A stretch of DNA of 64,000 nt from Octopus sinensis. Its lineage: Eukaryota. The position numbers were made by a program, and so were the translations under genes. Positions 13,164 through 25,556 of the stretch are shown one piece after another. The stretch's first letter is position 1. Each line of letters opens with the position of its first letter. Location: NCBI RefSeq assembly GCF_006345805.1, contig NC_042997.1, positions 180,358,001 to 180,422,000 of the forward strand. The letters run 5' to 3'. The notes under the pieces are model-generated. The model had not been told where the DNA came from, ran no database searches, and saw nothing but the letters and a program-made list of their open reading frames with translations.

Positions 13164-13264
13164 TCTTTACTGATGAAGTGTAACCTATGGTAGATTGGCT
13201 TAATTTAATTTAATTAAGCTAATTTAATCATTAATGACACAGAAACGTTGCAACGTCTAAAAGA
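13164..13264 (+). ncRNA. Type I hammerhead ribozyme, family A
   Basis: UCUUUA-CUGAUGA-A-GUGU..hairpin..ACAC-A-GAAAC-GUUGCAAC-GUC-UAAAAGA; 12-nt palindrome ACGUUGCAACGU; predicted cleavage after 13257. Confidence 0.88.
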
Positions 13265-13630
13265 TGAATTAGGGTAAATGTTTTTAAATTTTCACCTAAT
13301 TTCTGAATTAATAATACTTGGCGGTGTGAGTTATGGCTGCTTTCTGGTGGACGAGTGACCTGTTGGGGTCACTCCTAAATCGTTATATTTATATATTAGT
13401 CGATGACTATTTTCTCTTTTTCACCAGGCCGCTGGTTGCGATAAATTTCTATTGAATTTTTTGCTACCCTAAATTGACTAATTGATAATTTTCTGAATAA
13501 TTCTGAGATTGAATCGGCAGTTTATATTTACTGTGATAAGTTTGGCGCGAATACGTCAGTCTTGAAAATTTTAAGTCAGATATCCGTAGGCTTCGATACA
13601 GACGCCTCGTGTATATTTGTCTCTCCCAGG

Positions 13631-13730
13631 TCTTTACTGATGAAGTGTAACCTATGGTAGATTGGCTTAATTTAATTTAATTAAGCTAATTTAATCATAA
13701 TGACACAGAAACGTTGCAACGTCTAAAAGA
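13631..13730 (+). ncRNA. Type I hammerhead ribozyme, family A
   Basis: Same motif; GUC at 13721-13723. Confidence 0.88.
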
Positions 13731-14095
13731 TGAATTAGGGTAAATGTTTTTAAATTTTCACCTAATTTCTGAATAATAATACTTGGCGGTGTGAGTTATG
13801 GTGCTCTTTCTGGTGGACGAGTGACCTGTTGGGGTCACTCCTAAATCGTTATATTTTATATTTAGTCGATGACTATTTTCTCTTTTTCACCAGGCCGCTG
13901 GTTGCGATAAATTTCTATGAATTTTTTGCTACCCTAAATTGACTAATTGATAATTTTCTGAATAATTCTGAGATTGAATCGGCAGTTTATATTACTGTTG
14001 ATAAGTTTGGCGCGAATACGTCAGTCTTGAAAATTTTAAGTCAGATATCCCGTAGGCTTCGATACAGACGCCTCGTGTATATTGTCTCTCCCAGG

Positions 14096-14193
14096 TCTTT
14101 ACTGATGAAGTGTAACCTATGGTAGATTGGTTAATTTAATTTAATTAAGCTAATTTAATCATAATGAACAGAAACGTTGCAACGTCTAAAAGA
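14096..14193 (+). ncRNA. Type I hammerhead ribozyme, family A
   Basis: Same motif; one base missing in the stem II 3' strand; GUC at 14184-14186. Confidence 0.8.
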
Positions 14194-14563
14194 TGAATTA
14201 GGGTAAATGTTTTTAAATTTTCACCTAATTTCTGAATTAATAATACTTGGCGGTGTGAGTTATGGCTGCTCTTTCTGGTGGACGAGTGACCTGTTGGGGT
14301 CACTCCTAAATCGTTATATTTATATATTTAGTCGATGACTATTTTCTCTTTTTCACCAGGCCGCTGGTTGCGATAAATTCTATTGAATTTTTTGCTACCC
14401 TAAATTGACTAATTGATAATTTTCTGAATAATTCTGACATTGAATCGGCAGTTTATATTTACTGTTGATAAGTTTGGCGCGAATACGTCAGTCTTGAAAA
14501 TTTTAAGTCAGATATCCCGTAGGCTTCGATACAGACGCCTCGTGTATATTTGTCTCTCCCAGG

Positions 14564-14664
14564 TCTTTACTGATGAAGTGTAACCTATGGTAGATTGGCT
14601 TAATTTAATTTAATTAAGCTAATTTAATCATTAATGACACAGAAACGTTGCAACGTCTAAAAGA
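14564..14664 (+). ncRNA. Type I hammerhead ribozyme, family A
   Basis: Same motif; GUC at 14655-14657. Confidence 0.88.
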
Positions 14665-14858
14665 TGAATTAGGGTAAATGTTTTTAAATTTTCACCTAAT
14701 TTCTGAATTAATAATACTTGGCGGTGTGAGTTATGGCTGCTCTTTCTGGTGGACGAGTGACCTGTTGGGGTCACTCCTAAATCGTTATATATATATATAT
14801 ATATAAACATATATACATATATATATACACACACACGCACATATATGTATACACACAC

Positions 14859-14893
<35 letters not shown>

Positions 14894-15379
14894 TACATAC
14901 ATGTATACATACATACATACATACATAATATACATACATATATAATATATATATATATATATTATATATATATATATATATATGTATATTTGTATAATCG
15001 ATATAAACGCAGTCTGCAATATTTCACCAAAAGGAAGAATGACAAATGTTACTAAATGTGACTAGAGTGTTAAAAAACATCTACATATTTAGCGTATATG
15101 TTTTGATCCATGTGCCTTAACTGTAGCATGAGAGCGATTTAGCTCTTATTTCTGGTAATGTAAGTGTTTCGAAACATCCTAATCACATTTAGTTACATTT
15201 GTAGTTCTCCTTTTTGGTGAAACATTGCAAACTGCTGTTTATATTAATTTTATATATACACATTAGCGAATTGCTTAATCATCCAATAGTTTGGATGACG
15301 AGAACAAAAATACTAGTGGCGAAGCGAGTCCTTAAAGAACCTATTAGCTGCATTAATATAGCTTAAAGAGAAGCAACAT

Positions 15380-16985
15380 GAACGACTACAGAAGTTGCAG
15401 TAGAAAATATTACAACAACAGCAATAACAGTTGATTGAGTTACAGTCAAGGAAGTCCAAAGTTTCAGTAGAATTGTTTAGGCCGGACGGCGTGGCGAAAC
15501 TCGAATTCTACATTCACGTATAATGCGGGAGAGGGTATTACGTTTCCTGCATACTATAGAAGGACTAGGAAAGTTTTAACAAAGATTGCATGTCATAGTC
15601 GGATGAGGAGAAAGGGAGACTATTACTACGCAAGGTAACTGCGCCCGAGTATGAACGCTAATGTAATTTTATATTGCCCAAAAAATCGAATGAGATTTGT
15701 TTGCAAGAAACTATTGAATTACTCTAAAAGATCGTTTTTGACAAAAGTTCGTTAACACTCAAATGGAATATTGGAACGTGACAAAAAATCACGATGATGA
15801 CTTTATAACATACGCCGCATTAGTCAACCGTGTGTGTGAAAACTTTATATTTCAGGAACTCACTGATGATAAACTTAAATCCCTTGTCTTCGTGCAAGAT
15901 CTTACGCCAACCGAAGATAGAGAAATTCGGGCAACCATTCTCTCCAAAATGAAGCAAGCGAACCAAGACTTAATCGTACAGACCATTGCAGAAAAATGTC
16001 AAGCAATGGTAAACCTGAAGCACGATTTGGAAACAATTCAAGAGAAAATACCCATGTGTCGACCTGGAAAGTACAAACAAAACAGATGCGAGGCCCTAAT
16101 CTATGTTATAGATGTAAAGGCCAACACTTGACAAAAGAGTATCCGTTTAAAAACAGAAAATCAGAAAATACTATAGTTGTCAGAAACCTTCGTATCAAAA
16201 GCTCATACCTCAGGACAAGGTTACGAGGGTCGAATGCAAAAAGTTCTAAGGTGTTTTTAGCAGAAGGTGAATACGACACAAAAACAAGAATATTCGTTCT
16301 CGTAAAAATAAATGGTGTAAATATTAAACTACAGTTGGATACGGGTAGTGATATTTCAATCACAAATGCGGATACGTGGAGGAAAATTGAGAATCTAGTG
16401 TTACGTAAAACAGCGAAATCTGCGTGTGGTGTGACGGGCGATATATTACATTTTATTGGCGACATGTGTACAGACGTCACATTTCAAAGAGAATCACGCA
16501 AAGGAAAAATATTCATTGCGAAGAATACAGTCAATCTGTTTGGTACAGCTTCGTTGGAGTTATTGACTTACCATAAGTCTCTATTGCGAAAAATATGAAT
16601 CTGAGGACTTGAAGCGAAAATTGAAAAAGATGTTTCCTCAAGTACTACCGGAGGATTTAGGTCTATGTAAAATGACTGAAGCCTGCTTTCCTGTATTTAA
16701 ATCTAACAGTAGGTTACCGTTCGCAGCATTTGAAATCGTAAATGAAGAGTTTGACAGAAGGGAAAAGAGGAGAATCATCAAAATGTGGATTACTGTAAGC
16801 GGGCGGAGTCCACGTTTTGCATTAAAAAGAGAATAAGAAAAGTAGGCTGTGTGCCGATTTCTTTACAGGATTGAACGACTGCTTAAAGACATATCATCAT
16901 CCACTCCTGAATGCAGAGGATATTTTCGAAAAATTAAATGGCGGAAAAGTTTTCTCTAAATTGGGTCTGTCCGACGTATTTGCAA
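15380..16985 (+). mobile_element. Decayed Ty3/gypsy LTR retrotransposon gag-protease-RT fragment
   Basis: gag-like DDFITYAALVNRVCENF..ELTDD; zinc-knuckle remnant CYRCKGQH; aspartic protease VKINGVNIKLQLDTGSDIS; RT start ..YHHPL...EDIFEKLNGGKVFSKL.LSD. Frameshifted, ends in a (CA)n; no LTR seen. Confidence 0.9.
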
Positions 16986-17174
16986 ATAAATACACGTACG
17001 CACACACACACACACACTCACATGTGTGTGTGGGCGTGTGTATGTGTATGTGTGTATGCGTGTGTGTGGGGGTATGTCAAAAAACACAACTACATATATA
17101 TACTGATGCATATAATTACATATAGACAGACAGACTGATAGGTAAGTAGATAGCTTGCTGGCTAGCTAGCTAGC

Positions 17175-17175
<1 letters not shown>

Positions 17176-17254
<79 letters not shown>
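17176..17254 (+). repeat. (TAGA)n microsatellite
   Basis: Direct reading. Confidence 0.95.
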
Positions 17255-17255
<1 letters not shown>

Positions 17256-17594
17256 TTGTGCGTAACGTCCGTGCTTCTACGGGCGGTGCGATCATAATGG
17301 AAACACTTGGAACAAAATTGTAACTCAAATATCAATAATATTTATATTAGATGTATCTCTGAAATATCAAGAGTGTTCAACTGTTGACGTAATCATGTAA
17401 AGCTTTATGATAGTAATGCGCAAATTTTACAAGACTGGCTTTAATATTATTACGTTATTCTGCAGTCATATATAAATAAATAATTATCACAGAATATCAG
17501 AAAGTGTTCGCTTATTTGTGTTTGGGTAAATGGACATACTTACATAAACATATGTATGTTTGTCTATGTATGTGTACAAGCATGTTTATCATAT

Positions 17595-17664
<70 letters not shown>

Positions 17665-17666
<2 letters not shown>

Positions 17667-18005
17667 CAACAATTGAGGGTAATATTAATTAATTAATCAA
17701 TTTCACCAAGTATTCAGTATGCAAAGGGACCATTTAAGGCGAATTCAAATTATTACATTATATAAAAGGGCTTAGTAAAATAAATTACTTTGCCGCATAC
17801 TGAACTCATTAGAAATAGCAGCTAAAAAAACTTTTTTAAAACTATTTCTAATACTTAAAGAAAACCTCTCGTCGAGTTGAATTGAGCAGACACTATATGA
17901 GAGAGGTTTTCTTTAGTATTAAATAGTTTTAAAAAAGTTTTTTTAGCTGCTATTTCTAATGAGAGTTCAGTATGCGGCAAAGTATATTTATTTACTAAGC
18001 CCTTT
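17665..18005. repeat. Family D fold-back fragment related to arrays A/B
   Basis: Arms 17765-17870 and 17901-18005 (~105 bp); box tagaaatagcagctaaa resembles B ctagaaataacagccaaa; (TA)n on both sides. Confidence 0.75.
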
Positions 18006-18006
18006 A

Positions 18007-18099
<93 letters not shown>

Positions 18100-18101
<2 letters not shown>

Positions 18102-18483
18102 GCGTAGGAGTGGCTGTGTGGTAAGAAGCAGCTTGCTTAAGAACCGCATGGCTCTGGGTTCAGTCCCACTGCGTGGAAGTTTGGGCAAGTGTCTTCTGCT
18201 ATAGCTTCGGGCCAACCAAAGCCTTGTGAGTGGATTTGGTAGACGGAAACTGAAAGAAGCTCGTCGTATATATGCATGTGTGTGTATATGCTTGTGTGTC
18301 TGTGTTTGTCCCCCAACAACCGATGCTGGTGTGTTTACGTCCCCGTAGCGGTCCGGCAAAAGAGAGCGACAGAATAAGTACTACGCTTACAAAGAATAAG
18401 TTCAGGGTCGATTTGCTCGACTAAAAGCGGTACTCAAGCATGGCCACAGTCAAATGACTGAAACAAGTAAAAGAGTAAAAAGA
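18100..18483 (+). mobile_element. SINE family 1 (CORE-like), near full length
   Basis: tRNA-like head (tggctgtgtggt ... ggttcagtccc), ttgggcaagt CORE-like start, internal microsatellite, tail gactgaaacaagtaaaagag. Confidence 0.9.
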
Positions 18484-18492
18484 TATATATAC

Positions 18493-18610
<118 letters not shown>

Positions 18611-19009
18611 ATATAAACTATGTACGTATGTACGTGTGCATTCGTATACGTATATATATATGCATAAAAGTGTAGGCGATGTATTTCTAATATCATGTTG
18701 ATTGTTTGTGACATTTTGCATATATCCATTTGATGATTATGCGCTATAACGTACTCCTTGTTTACTTGAACGCACAGTGAATATTTGACTTTGAATTTGG
18801 TCTTGTGGTTTCTCTTTATAAAATATCGATAAATAATGAAGGCGTTCATAATGTGATGTACGCATTAACTTCATTAGATATTGTTTCACAAACTGACGTT
18901 ATTTATGAAAATATTGTTCAGTTCAGGAAACGAATCTATTTTCGAAATGCCCTGCATGTTTCATATTATCAATATATATATATACATACATACATACACA
19001 CACACACAC

Positions 19010-19082
<73 letters not shown>

Positions 19083-19455
19083 ATCAAAATAAAATAAAAA
19101 CATGATGCGAAGGATTCAGCGGTACATATGTTTCGGGCCTTTATTGACATGAGTACGGGATTCTTTACATGCGTTCTTATACACATCCTTTAATATCTTA
19201 TACCTAGACCTAGAGGCGTGGGCATATACGTGTGTGTATGTAGTGATGGGCGCGCGTATATACATGTGAGCGTGTACGCGCGTAATGTCCGTGTATATAT
19301 GCGGATATTCTGTTGTATGTATGTGTGTGTACGCGCGTGCGTGTGGGTGCGTGTGTGTTTATGTGCGTACACGCGAGTGTGTGTGTATGCTTATAGGCTT
19401 GGAGGCGTATATGTACGCGTGTATGTGGGTGTATGTATCCATGATGATATGTATG

Positions 19456-19506
19456 TACTAGAAGTCCATTTAATTCAAGGAACCAGATTAAATGCTCATC
19501 AGCTCT
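19456..19506 (-). ncRNA. Degenerate hammerhead remnant
   Basis: CUGAUGA-G-CAUUUAAU/AUUAAAUG 8-bp stem, then GA--C-UUCUA-GUA; GAAA incomplete and stem I lost. Confidence 0.35.
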
Positions 19507-20054
19507 GATTTACAACGCATTAAGTCCCCAGACGAAACTGTTGATTTACTGACAATTCTACAACTAAATTTTATCAATCTCCTGACCACCATGCTTGGTC
19601 CGTAACCTCTATACATCCTTATCTTTACATTCTTTTACACTTTTATCATTTTTTTATCAGGTTTTTTTACTTTTATTTCTATTTCTATTTTTACTTTATA
19701 ACCTTATGCCTTTACATTTCTTTATATTTCTTTATATTTCTTTATACACCCTTTACATCTCCTTACAACTCTTATATCTTTATCCTCTACATTTTTATAT
19801 TTCTATACTTACACTTTTTATACATTTTTTATCCCTCGTCCCGAACTCTCGCCCCTCCATCTTCACCTCTATATATGTATTTATTTATTTACATTACCTC
19901 AACATCCAATTTTCCTCATTCTACATTGAGTGAAGAAAGAGATGGACGCTTCAATTCTATGCTGCTGCCGCATTATGTCGTACGTGAATGAGAGGATTTG
20001 CATCCCCAACCAAGAATTTTGATGTAACACATGTCCTTGTGGAAGCTGTTGTGC

Positions 20055-20132
20055 GCGGCTGAAGAAGGCCACACACATACATTATGCATTGTTATAAATC
20101 TGTCTAATAAAGGCCCGAAACATATGTACCGC
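20055..20132 (+). ncRNA. Type I hammerhead ribozyme
   Basis: GCGG-CUGAAGA-A-GGCC..GGCC-C-GAAA-CAUAUG-UA-CCGC; palindrome ACAUAUGU; GUA at 20126-20128. Confidence 0.85.
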
Positions 20133-20276
20133 TGAATCCTTCGCATCATGTTTTTATTTTATTTTGATCAATTTACTCCACCACCTACACCACCAAACGG
20201 TATACACAGGTGCTTATAATTATCAAGTACTTACCCCGAATTTCTCTATATATATATATATATATATATACATACA

Positions 20277-20312
<36 letters not shown>

Positions 20313-20489
20313 TATACACATATACATATGTACATACATATACATATATTTATATACATATATATATTTATGTATGTATATATATATACACACATATATA
20401 TATATATACATACATATACATATATATATATATGTTTGTATGTATGTCTGTATTTTTAAATATGTATATATATATATATATGTGTGTGC

Positions 20490-20531
<42 letters not shown>

Positions 20532-20790
20532 TCTATATATATTCATATATGCTTAGGTTGGTAATTTTCCCCGTTATTATGTCGTGATAAATTATTTCTC
20601 AGAAAAGATCCAGTAGAATATAATACTAATATTTAACTGGCAATTCAAATATTTAAATTTCCTCTATCGCTATCGATTCATACCAAATAGTATTATATGA
20701 CACGGACTTTATCGAGTAACTCATAGAAAGGCTTTCTCGGCATGAATATAAATAGAAAAAGAGAGTGCCAATATCAATGTCAAATTGTGA

Positions 20791-20847
<57 letters not shown>

Positions 20848-21192
20848 CATTGATATATACATATATATACAGACGCATGCATCTCTCAGCGTATGAAAGG
20901 CGATGTTGTAGTAATAGTTCTAAGTGATGGAATAAAGGAATAAACGATACCTAGCAAAAGTGCAAGTGCGTACATAAAATCATATTGGCAGCATCAATAA
21001 GCAAGCTCTTTCGCGTGCACATGCTCAAAGTTGTGTATGCATGTCATCGCTAAGTTTTAGTTCAGGGGTTTTTTTTTGCCCAATACAGAAAAGCTGGTTT
21101 CTAATCTAAATCCAAGGCTCCTTCATTGGAATTTCAGCATCAACAACAGGGATTTTTTCTATGTATATACGTATGAATGTATGTATATGTTT

Positions 21193-21586
21193 TATTTCTT
21201 CATTGCCCACGAGAGGCTAAACATACAGGAGACAAAGGTATTAAGTCGCTTACATCGACATCAGTGCGTAACTGGTACTTAATTAATCGACCCCGAAAGG
21301 ATGAAAAGCAAAGTTGACCTCGGCGGAATTTGAACTCAGAGCGTAACGGCAGACGAAATACCTATTTCTTCACTACCCAAAGGGGCTAAACTCAGAGAAG
21401 AGAAACAAGGACAGAGAAACGGATTAAGTCGATTATATCGACCCCAGTGGGTAACTGGTACTTATTTAATTAACCCCGAAAGTTTGAAAGGCAAGGTCGA
21501 CCTCGGCGGAATTTGAACTCAGAACATAGCGGCAGATGAAATACGGCTACACATTTCGCCCTGCTCTTTCTGCCAGCTCGCCGCCT
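21193..21586 (-). mobile_element. SINE family 2 (MetaSINE-like central domain): one head, two tandem bodies
   Basis: Head ggcggcgagctggcagaa; core gaggtcgactttgcctttcatcctttcggggtcgat..taagtaccag occurs twice. Confidence 0.85.
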
Positions 21587-21589
21587 CTC

Positions 21590-21620
<31 letters not shown>

Positions 21621-21744
21621 TGTATGTATAGTGCAATTTTGTTTGTTTTGTTTTATGCATGTATTCCCAAGCATATAGTCTAATATCTAGATATGCTCAT
21701 ATATATATTTAAGTGATAAACCTCTGGAAATACAGTTCTATATT

Positions 21745-21931
21745 TAAGAGATAAAGAATTATGTACATTATTTACAATTGACGAATATTTGTTGTTAACA
21801 CAACGTTTCGGCTGATATACCCTCCAGCCTTCATCAGGGCTTGGCGAAATTTCGAACCTGGATTCTCATTTCTATGGTATTTTTCCGATATTCTTCTTCT
21901 TCTTCTCTTCTTCTTCTTCTTCTTCTTCTTC

Positions 21932-21987
<56 letters not shown>

Positions 21988-22045
21988 CTCACTGCCTGGA
22001 ATCGAACCCGGAATCTTGCGGTTAGTAGCCCGCGCTCTTGACCAT
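21745..22045 (-). mobile_element. tRNA-headed SINE-like element with 3' hammerhead motif (left copy)
   Basis: Minus strand: tRNA-like aagagcgcgggctactaaccgc...ggttcgattcc (B box), (AAT/AAG)n spacer, then HHR. Confidence 0.8.
21796..21840 (-). ncRNA. Minimal type I hammerhead (SINE tail)
   Basis: CUGAUGA-A-GGCUG-gagggtatat-CAGCC-GAAAC-GUU-GUGUU; core intact, stem I 5' strand damaged in this copy. Confidence 0.7.
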
Positions 22046-22250
22046 GGGGCATATGGCGTAGTGGTTAAGAGCGCGGACTAATAATAATAATAATAATAAC
22101 ATCGAAAATGCCTTAGGAAGGAGAACCCAGGTTCAAAATTTCCTCAAGACACCTGATGAAGGCTGGAGGGTATATCAGCCGAAAAATTGTGTTAATAACA
22201 AACAAGATGAGGACAAGTATCTGTCAATTGTAAATAACGTAAAAAATGAA
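22046..22250 (+). mobile_element. tRNA-headed SINE-like element with 3' hammerhead motif (right copy, internal deletion)
   Basis: A box tggcgtagtggt at 22054; B box deleted; (AAT)n; tail is the inverted match of 21760-21890. Confidence 0.8.
22148..22193 (+). ncRNA. Minimal type I hammerhead (SINE tail), stem III mutated
   Basis: GACAC-CUGAUGA-A-GGCUG..CAGCC-GAAA-AA-UU-GUGUU; stem I GACAC/GUGUU intact; CG of stem III replaced by AA. Confidence 0.65.
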
Positions 22251-22330
22251 CTTCTGGAAAATTTTACAGATTTTTACAGTTCCAGTTATACACGCACACA
22301 CACACACACACACACCCAGACACACACCCA

Positions 22331-22367
<37 letters not shown>

Positions 22368-22449
22368 TACGCTGACCATATCTAGTTATTTTGATTATAT
22401 GCAGAACTATTTAACCACTAGCGTCACGGCCTCTATATTAATCAGCGAT

Positions 22450-24650
22450 ATACATACATGCTACATTTTGTGTTATTATCTTTATATTTTTTTGATTTTC
22501 ATTATTCTCAGATTTTTGTTGTCCCGTCAATATTATTACGTTTTCTTTCTTTCTTTGGAGGTTGTGAATATAGCATTAGCTTGCTTGGGTTTTTGACTGA
22601 GTCTCCAGTGATAACTACCATCAAGAGCAGATTGGTCAGGATAGATGAGGTTATCCATTTTGACAATCCAGCTTGCAAATTATTACATCATTTGTAAATA
22701 GTCATTTCCTCGATATTTCATATAAGACCGTATTTTTGTCAATGTTTAGTTCAGTTTTCAGATTAAGGCAATCAATTGTAGTACTTTCAGCTTGACTGAA
22801 ATTGTACTACAGTATTTTTTATCTATCTTTTTCTAAACAATATATGAAAACGTAGTGAAGCTGGCGTCAGCGATTTCCCATCTGTATACGACAACATAAA
22901 AAGTTACTACAACGTACCTGCACACAGCGGTACTCTTGTAAAGGATGTGCTGTTCTCGTAAGACGGATCCTTTTGCTGAGGTGAAAGCGTCTACAAACGA
23001 TTATATATACATTTTGTCACCAATATCCCGGAAGCCCCCCTCCAGTAATTCTACTTAATCTAGACTACAGTTAAGTATATAAATATATCTCTATTTAGTT
23101 TTGCTTCTAGTTGCCAGTATTTGAGCTTTCTCCTGCGTTGTTGACCAGTATTATCATTCCAGTGACTAAGACTTACTTTATGGATTGTATGTCCCAGGAA
23201 TGCATATTTCCTTAGTATCTCCTATATTCTCTCTCTACCCGTATATGAAAAAAGGTCGTTATAAATAACTACATACAGCAATATATAATACACATTTTCT
23301 GAGATTGCCGAGAAGATCACGTCAGCACTGTAGTCGGAAACCTCCCCCTGCTTTTCTTCTTACATCCTGGGTTATATGAGGAGTAAGATTCTATGTAAGG
23401 TTGGGAAGAATCGAAGATAATATTTTGATTACTATTGATAGAACATGATTCTTCAAAACTTACTCTGCCTGATCCATTTCTTTATTGGAAAATGTTGTCG
23501 ATATCAGCATCTTCTAGTATCGATATCTCCTCTGAGGTTTTACTAAACAGAGTCTGTAGTCCTTTGGGAAAACTTAATCTATCCAGTTTCTAGATTTCAC
23601 CGGGAACTCCAACTCAAAAATAGTCGCTGCTTTTCATTAATTAGGAGACTAGCCATGAAACTGGCCCCTGTTAATTATGTCAACAAGGATTGAACTGACA
23701 AGTTGCTTTATGCTAGCAAACCACACAGTTTATACCACCAGGCGCAGACATTATATGTTGATACTGTTTATTTTATCACTTCAAAACTCTCCAATTACCT
23801 GAGAGAACTTCCTTTTCATCAATCCATTTCGGCGTAGCGAGAACTACTTCAAGTTTTCTACATTTCTTTGACTCGTTGATAGAAATTATTCATGCCGATC
23901 ATATCAGCGTTCCATTAGAGATCCCCTGTCTTCTATTTCTAATATTTGAACTTTCCTGCTACCGGATAAATTTGAAGCAATGCTTGAGTATATTTGTAAG
24001 CTATCTTTCTCAATCGTGTGTTTCTAATATCTAACACGTCAATGTGCAGTGGGGCTGACTTATTTTCTGTTGAAGCATTTTCAATTTACATTCATTTCGG
24101 TTCAACTAATCTTAGTGTTTTCAATTAATAAGGTATTAGTGCTGCCATACACTACTTGTCGATTACACGGCATTCCAGGTCGATCATCGATTCGTTTTAC
24201 ACATCCCATTGGACAACGTGCCCTGTACATCATTTGTTTTAATTTCACTTTCTATGTATAATCCGAGGTTATTTAGCAACTACCTTGCCAGGTTTAGGAG
24301 GTGTCAGTTTTACATTCGATCCAATAGTTTGCGCCTATACAAATCTGATTCAGTGTACCTCCCTTATATCCTGCTGTTGTATAATGAAAAGAAAAAAGGG
24401 AAGAGAGAGTTGCATGGTGTTGTACATAGCGAAGACAAACCATCGTTGTTTGGATTTGGTTTCCTGACTGAACACGCTGTTTATCTTTGCTAGATAGAGC
24501 TCAGTACACATAATTATTAAAAACTCGCCGTTTGAGTTGCACAAATCAATACTATGTTTGAACATTAATACAGATAACTTTCTCTGATACAACTGTTATA
24601 ATGGCGTTACAGAGAAAGTTACGTACTATATATACTGACATGTTATAGTA
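22450..24650 (-). mobile_element. Decayed APE-RT LINE (RTE/L2-like)
   Basis: ORF 24350-24592 NSNGEFLIIMCTELYLAKINSVF resembles the APE motif N.NG..L...C....L.I.NT.F. Downstream TLNQI, EEKQG..F and LFTNDVII are RT-like remnants. Confidence 0.6.
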
Positions 24651-25428
24651 AATGCCCATATTTCCTCTGGAGTTTAAGATACTTACGACATGCACCTCTT
24701 AATGTAGTACAACTGTTTTTTGACAGCAGGTATCTCTCTGTCCACCATATATATATGTGTGTGTGTATGTATATATACATACATACATACATACATACAT
24801 ACATACATACATACATACATACATACATACATACATACATACATACAACAGTTGTATTATAGCTTTTACAAATTTTGTAAATTCGGTTCGTTGATAAATA
24901 TAAAAATATATATATCGAGATTAGATATATCGTTTTTATTACAGTCCCAAAATTTGTCAGAAAATTCTTTATTTTTCCTCTTGTGTGTGGGTTATCACCA
25001 TAATTGTTATATAAATAAGCTTTATGAGAGACTTTTGCACCAGTTGGTCTTAGATGCAAATACTCCAGATGGAAAAATATTACTAAATATTTCTTTAAAT
25101 TGAGATAGTGAACACAGCTTACTGCTAGAGGGAATGATCGTCGTAGACAAATACTGTAAGTAAAAAGAATACATTATGTGTTCTGATACCGGATGTCAGT
25201 CAACATGGTGGATTGACATTCATGTTGCCTTTAATTCTAGATTACGGCCTACGAAAAAATTTTACCGTTCCAGCTTTGATAACAGCTAACGTTTTTTGTG
25301 AGCCTTTTTTATGATGAAGGATTCATTCATCAAATTCTTTTCTATTGTGCAAAAGGGATCAAAAATCTTTCGGCTGATATTTTAACTTCTTTCCCGACAA
25401 CCTAAATCAGCCTTCCTTTGCAAGAAAC

Positions 25429-25466
25429 TATCATCATCATCATCATCATCATCATCATCGTCATCA

Positions 25467-25511
<45 letters not shown>

Positions 25512-25556
25512 TCATCATCATCATCATCATTATCATTATTATTATTATTATTATTG
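25429..25556 (+). repeat. Compound (CAT)n/(CGT)n/(ATT)n microsatellite
   Basis: Direct reading. Confidence 0.95.

Larger units (their letters stand above)
12235..14790. repeat. Array A: ~470-bp HHR-bearing units; left arm 12235-12951 (HHR on -, ~1.5 units), right arm 12952-14790 (HHR on +, ~4 units); flanked by (TA)n
   Basis: atttagggta recurs at 12241 and 12711; right-arm GUC triplets end at 13257, 13723, 14186 and 14657; inversion junction ctgtgt|ccaccagg. Confidence 0.95.
19079..20245 (+). mobile_element. Non-autonomous HHR element with 67-bp perfect inverted terminal copy (PLE-type architecture)
   Basis: 19079-19145 is the exact reverse complement of 20106-20172; pyrimidine-rich body; ~70-bp extension after the right copy; (TA)n flanks. 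Confidence 0.75.

Noticed and set aside
12235-14790. Arrays A/B as CRISPR or simple satellite
   Set aside because: Whole ~470/490-bp units repeat with no unique spacers, the context is eukaryotic, and each unit carries an HHR.
17278-17510. Possible Tc1 left end (…cataatggaaacac)
   Set aside because: Only a short TIR-like word; no partner TIR or transposase sequence nearby.
21985-22080. tRNA gene
   Set aside because: A and B boxes are split between two truncated inverted copies; there is no complete cloverleaf. It is a SINE head.
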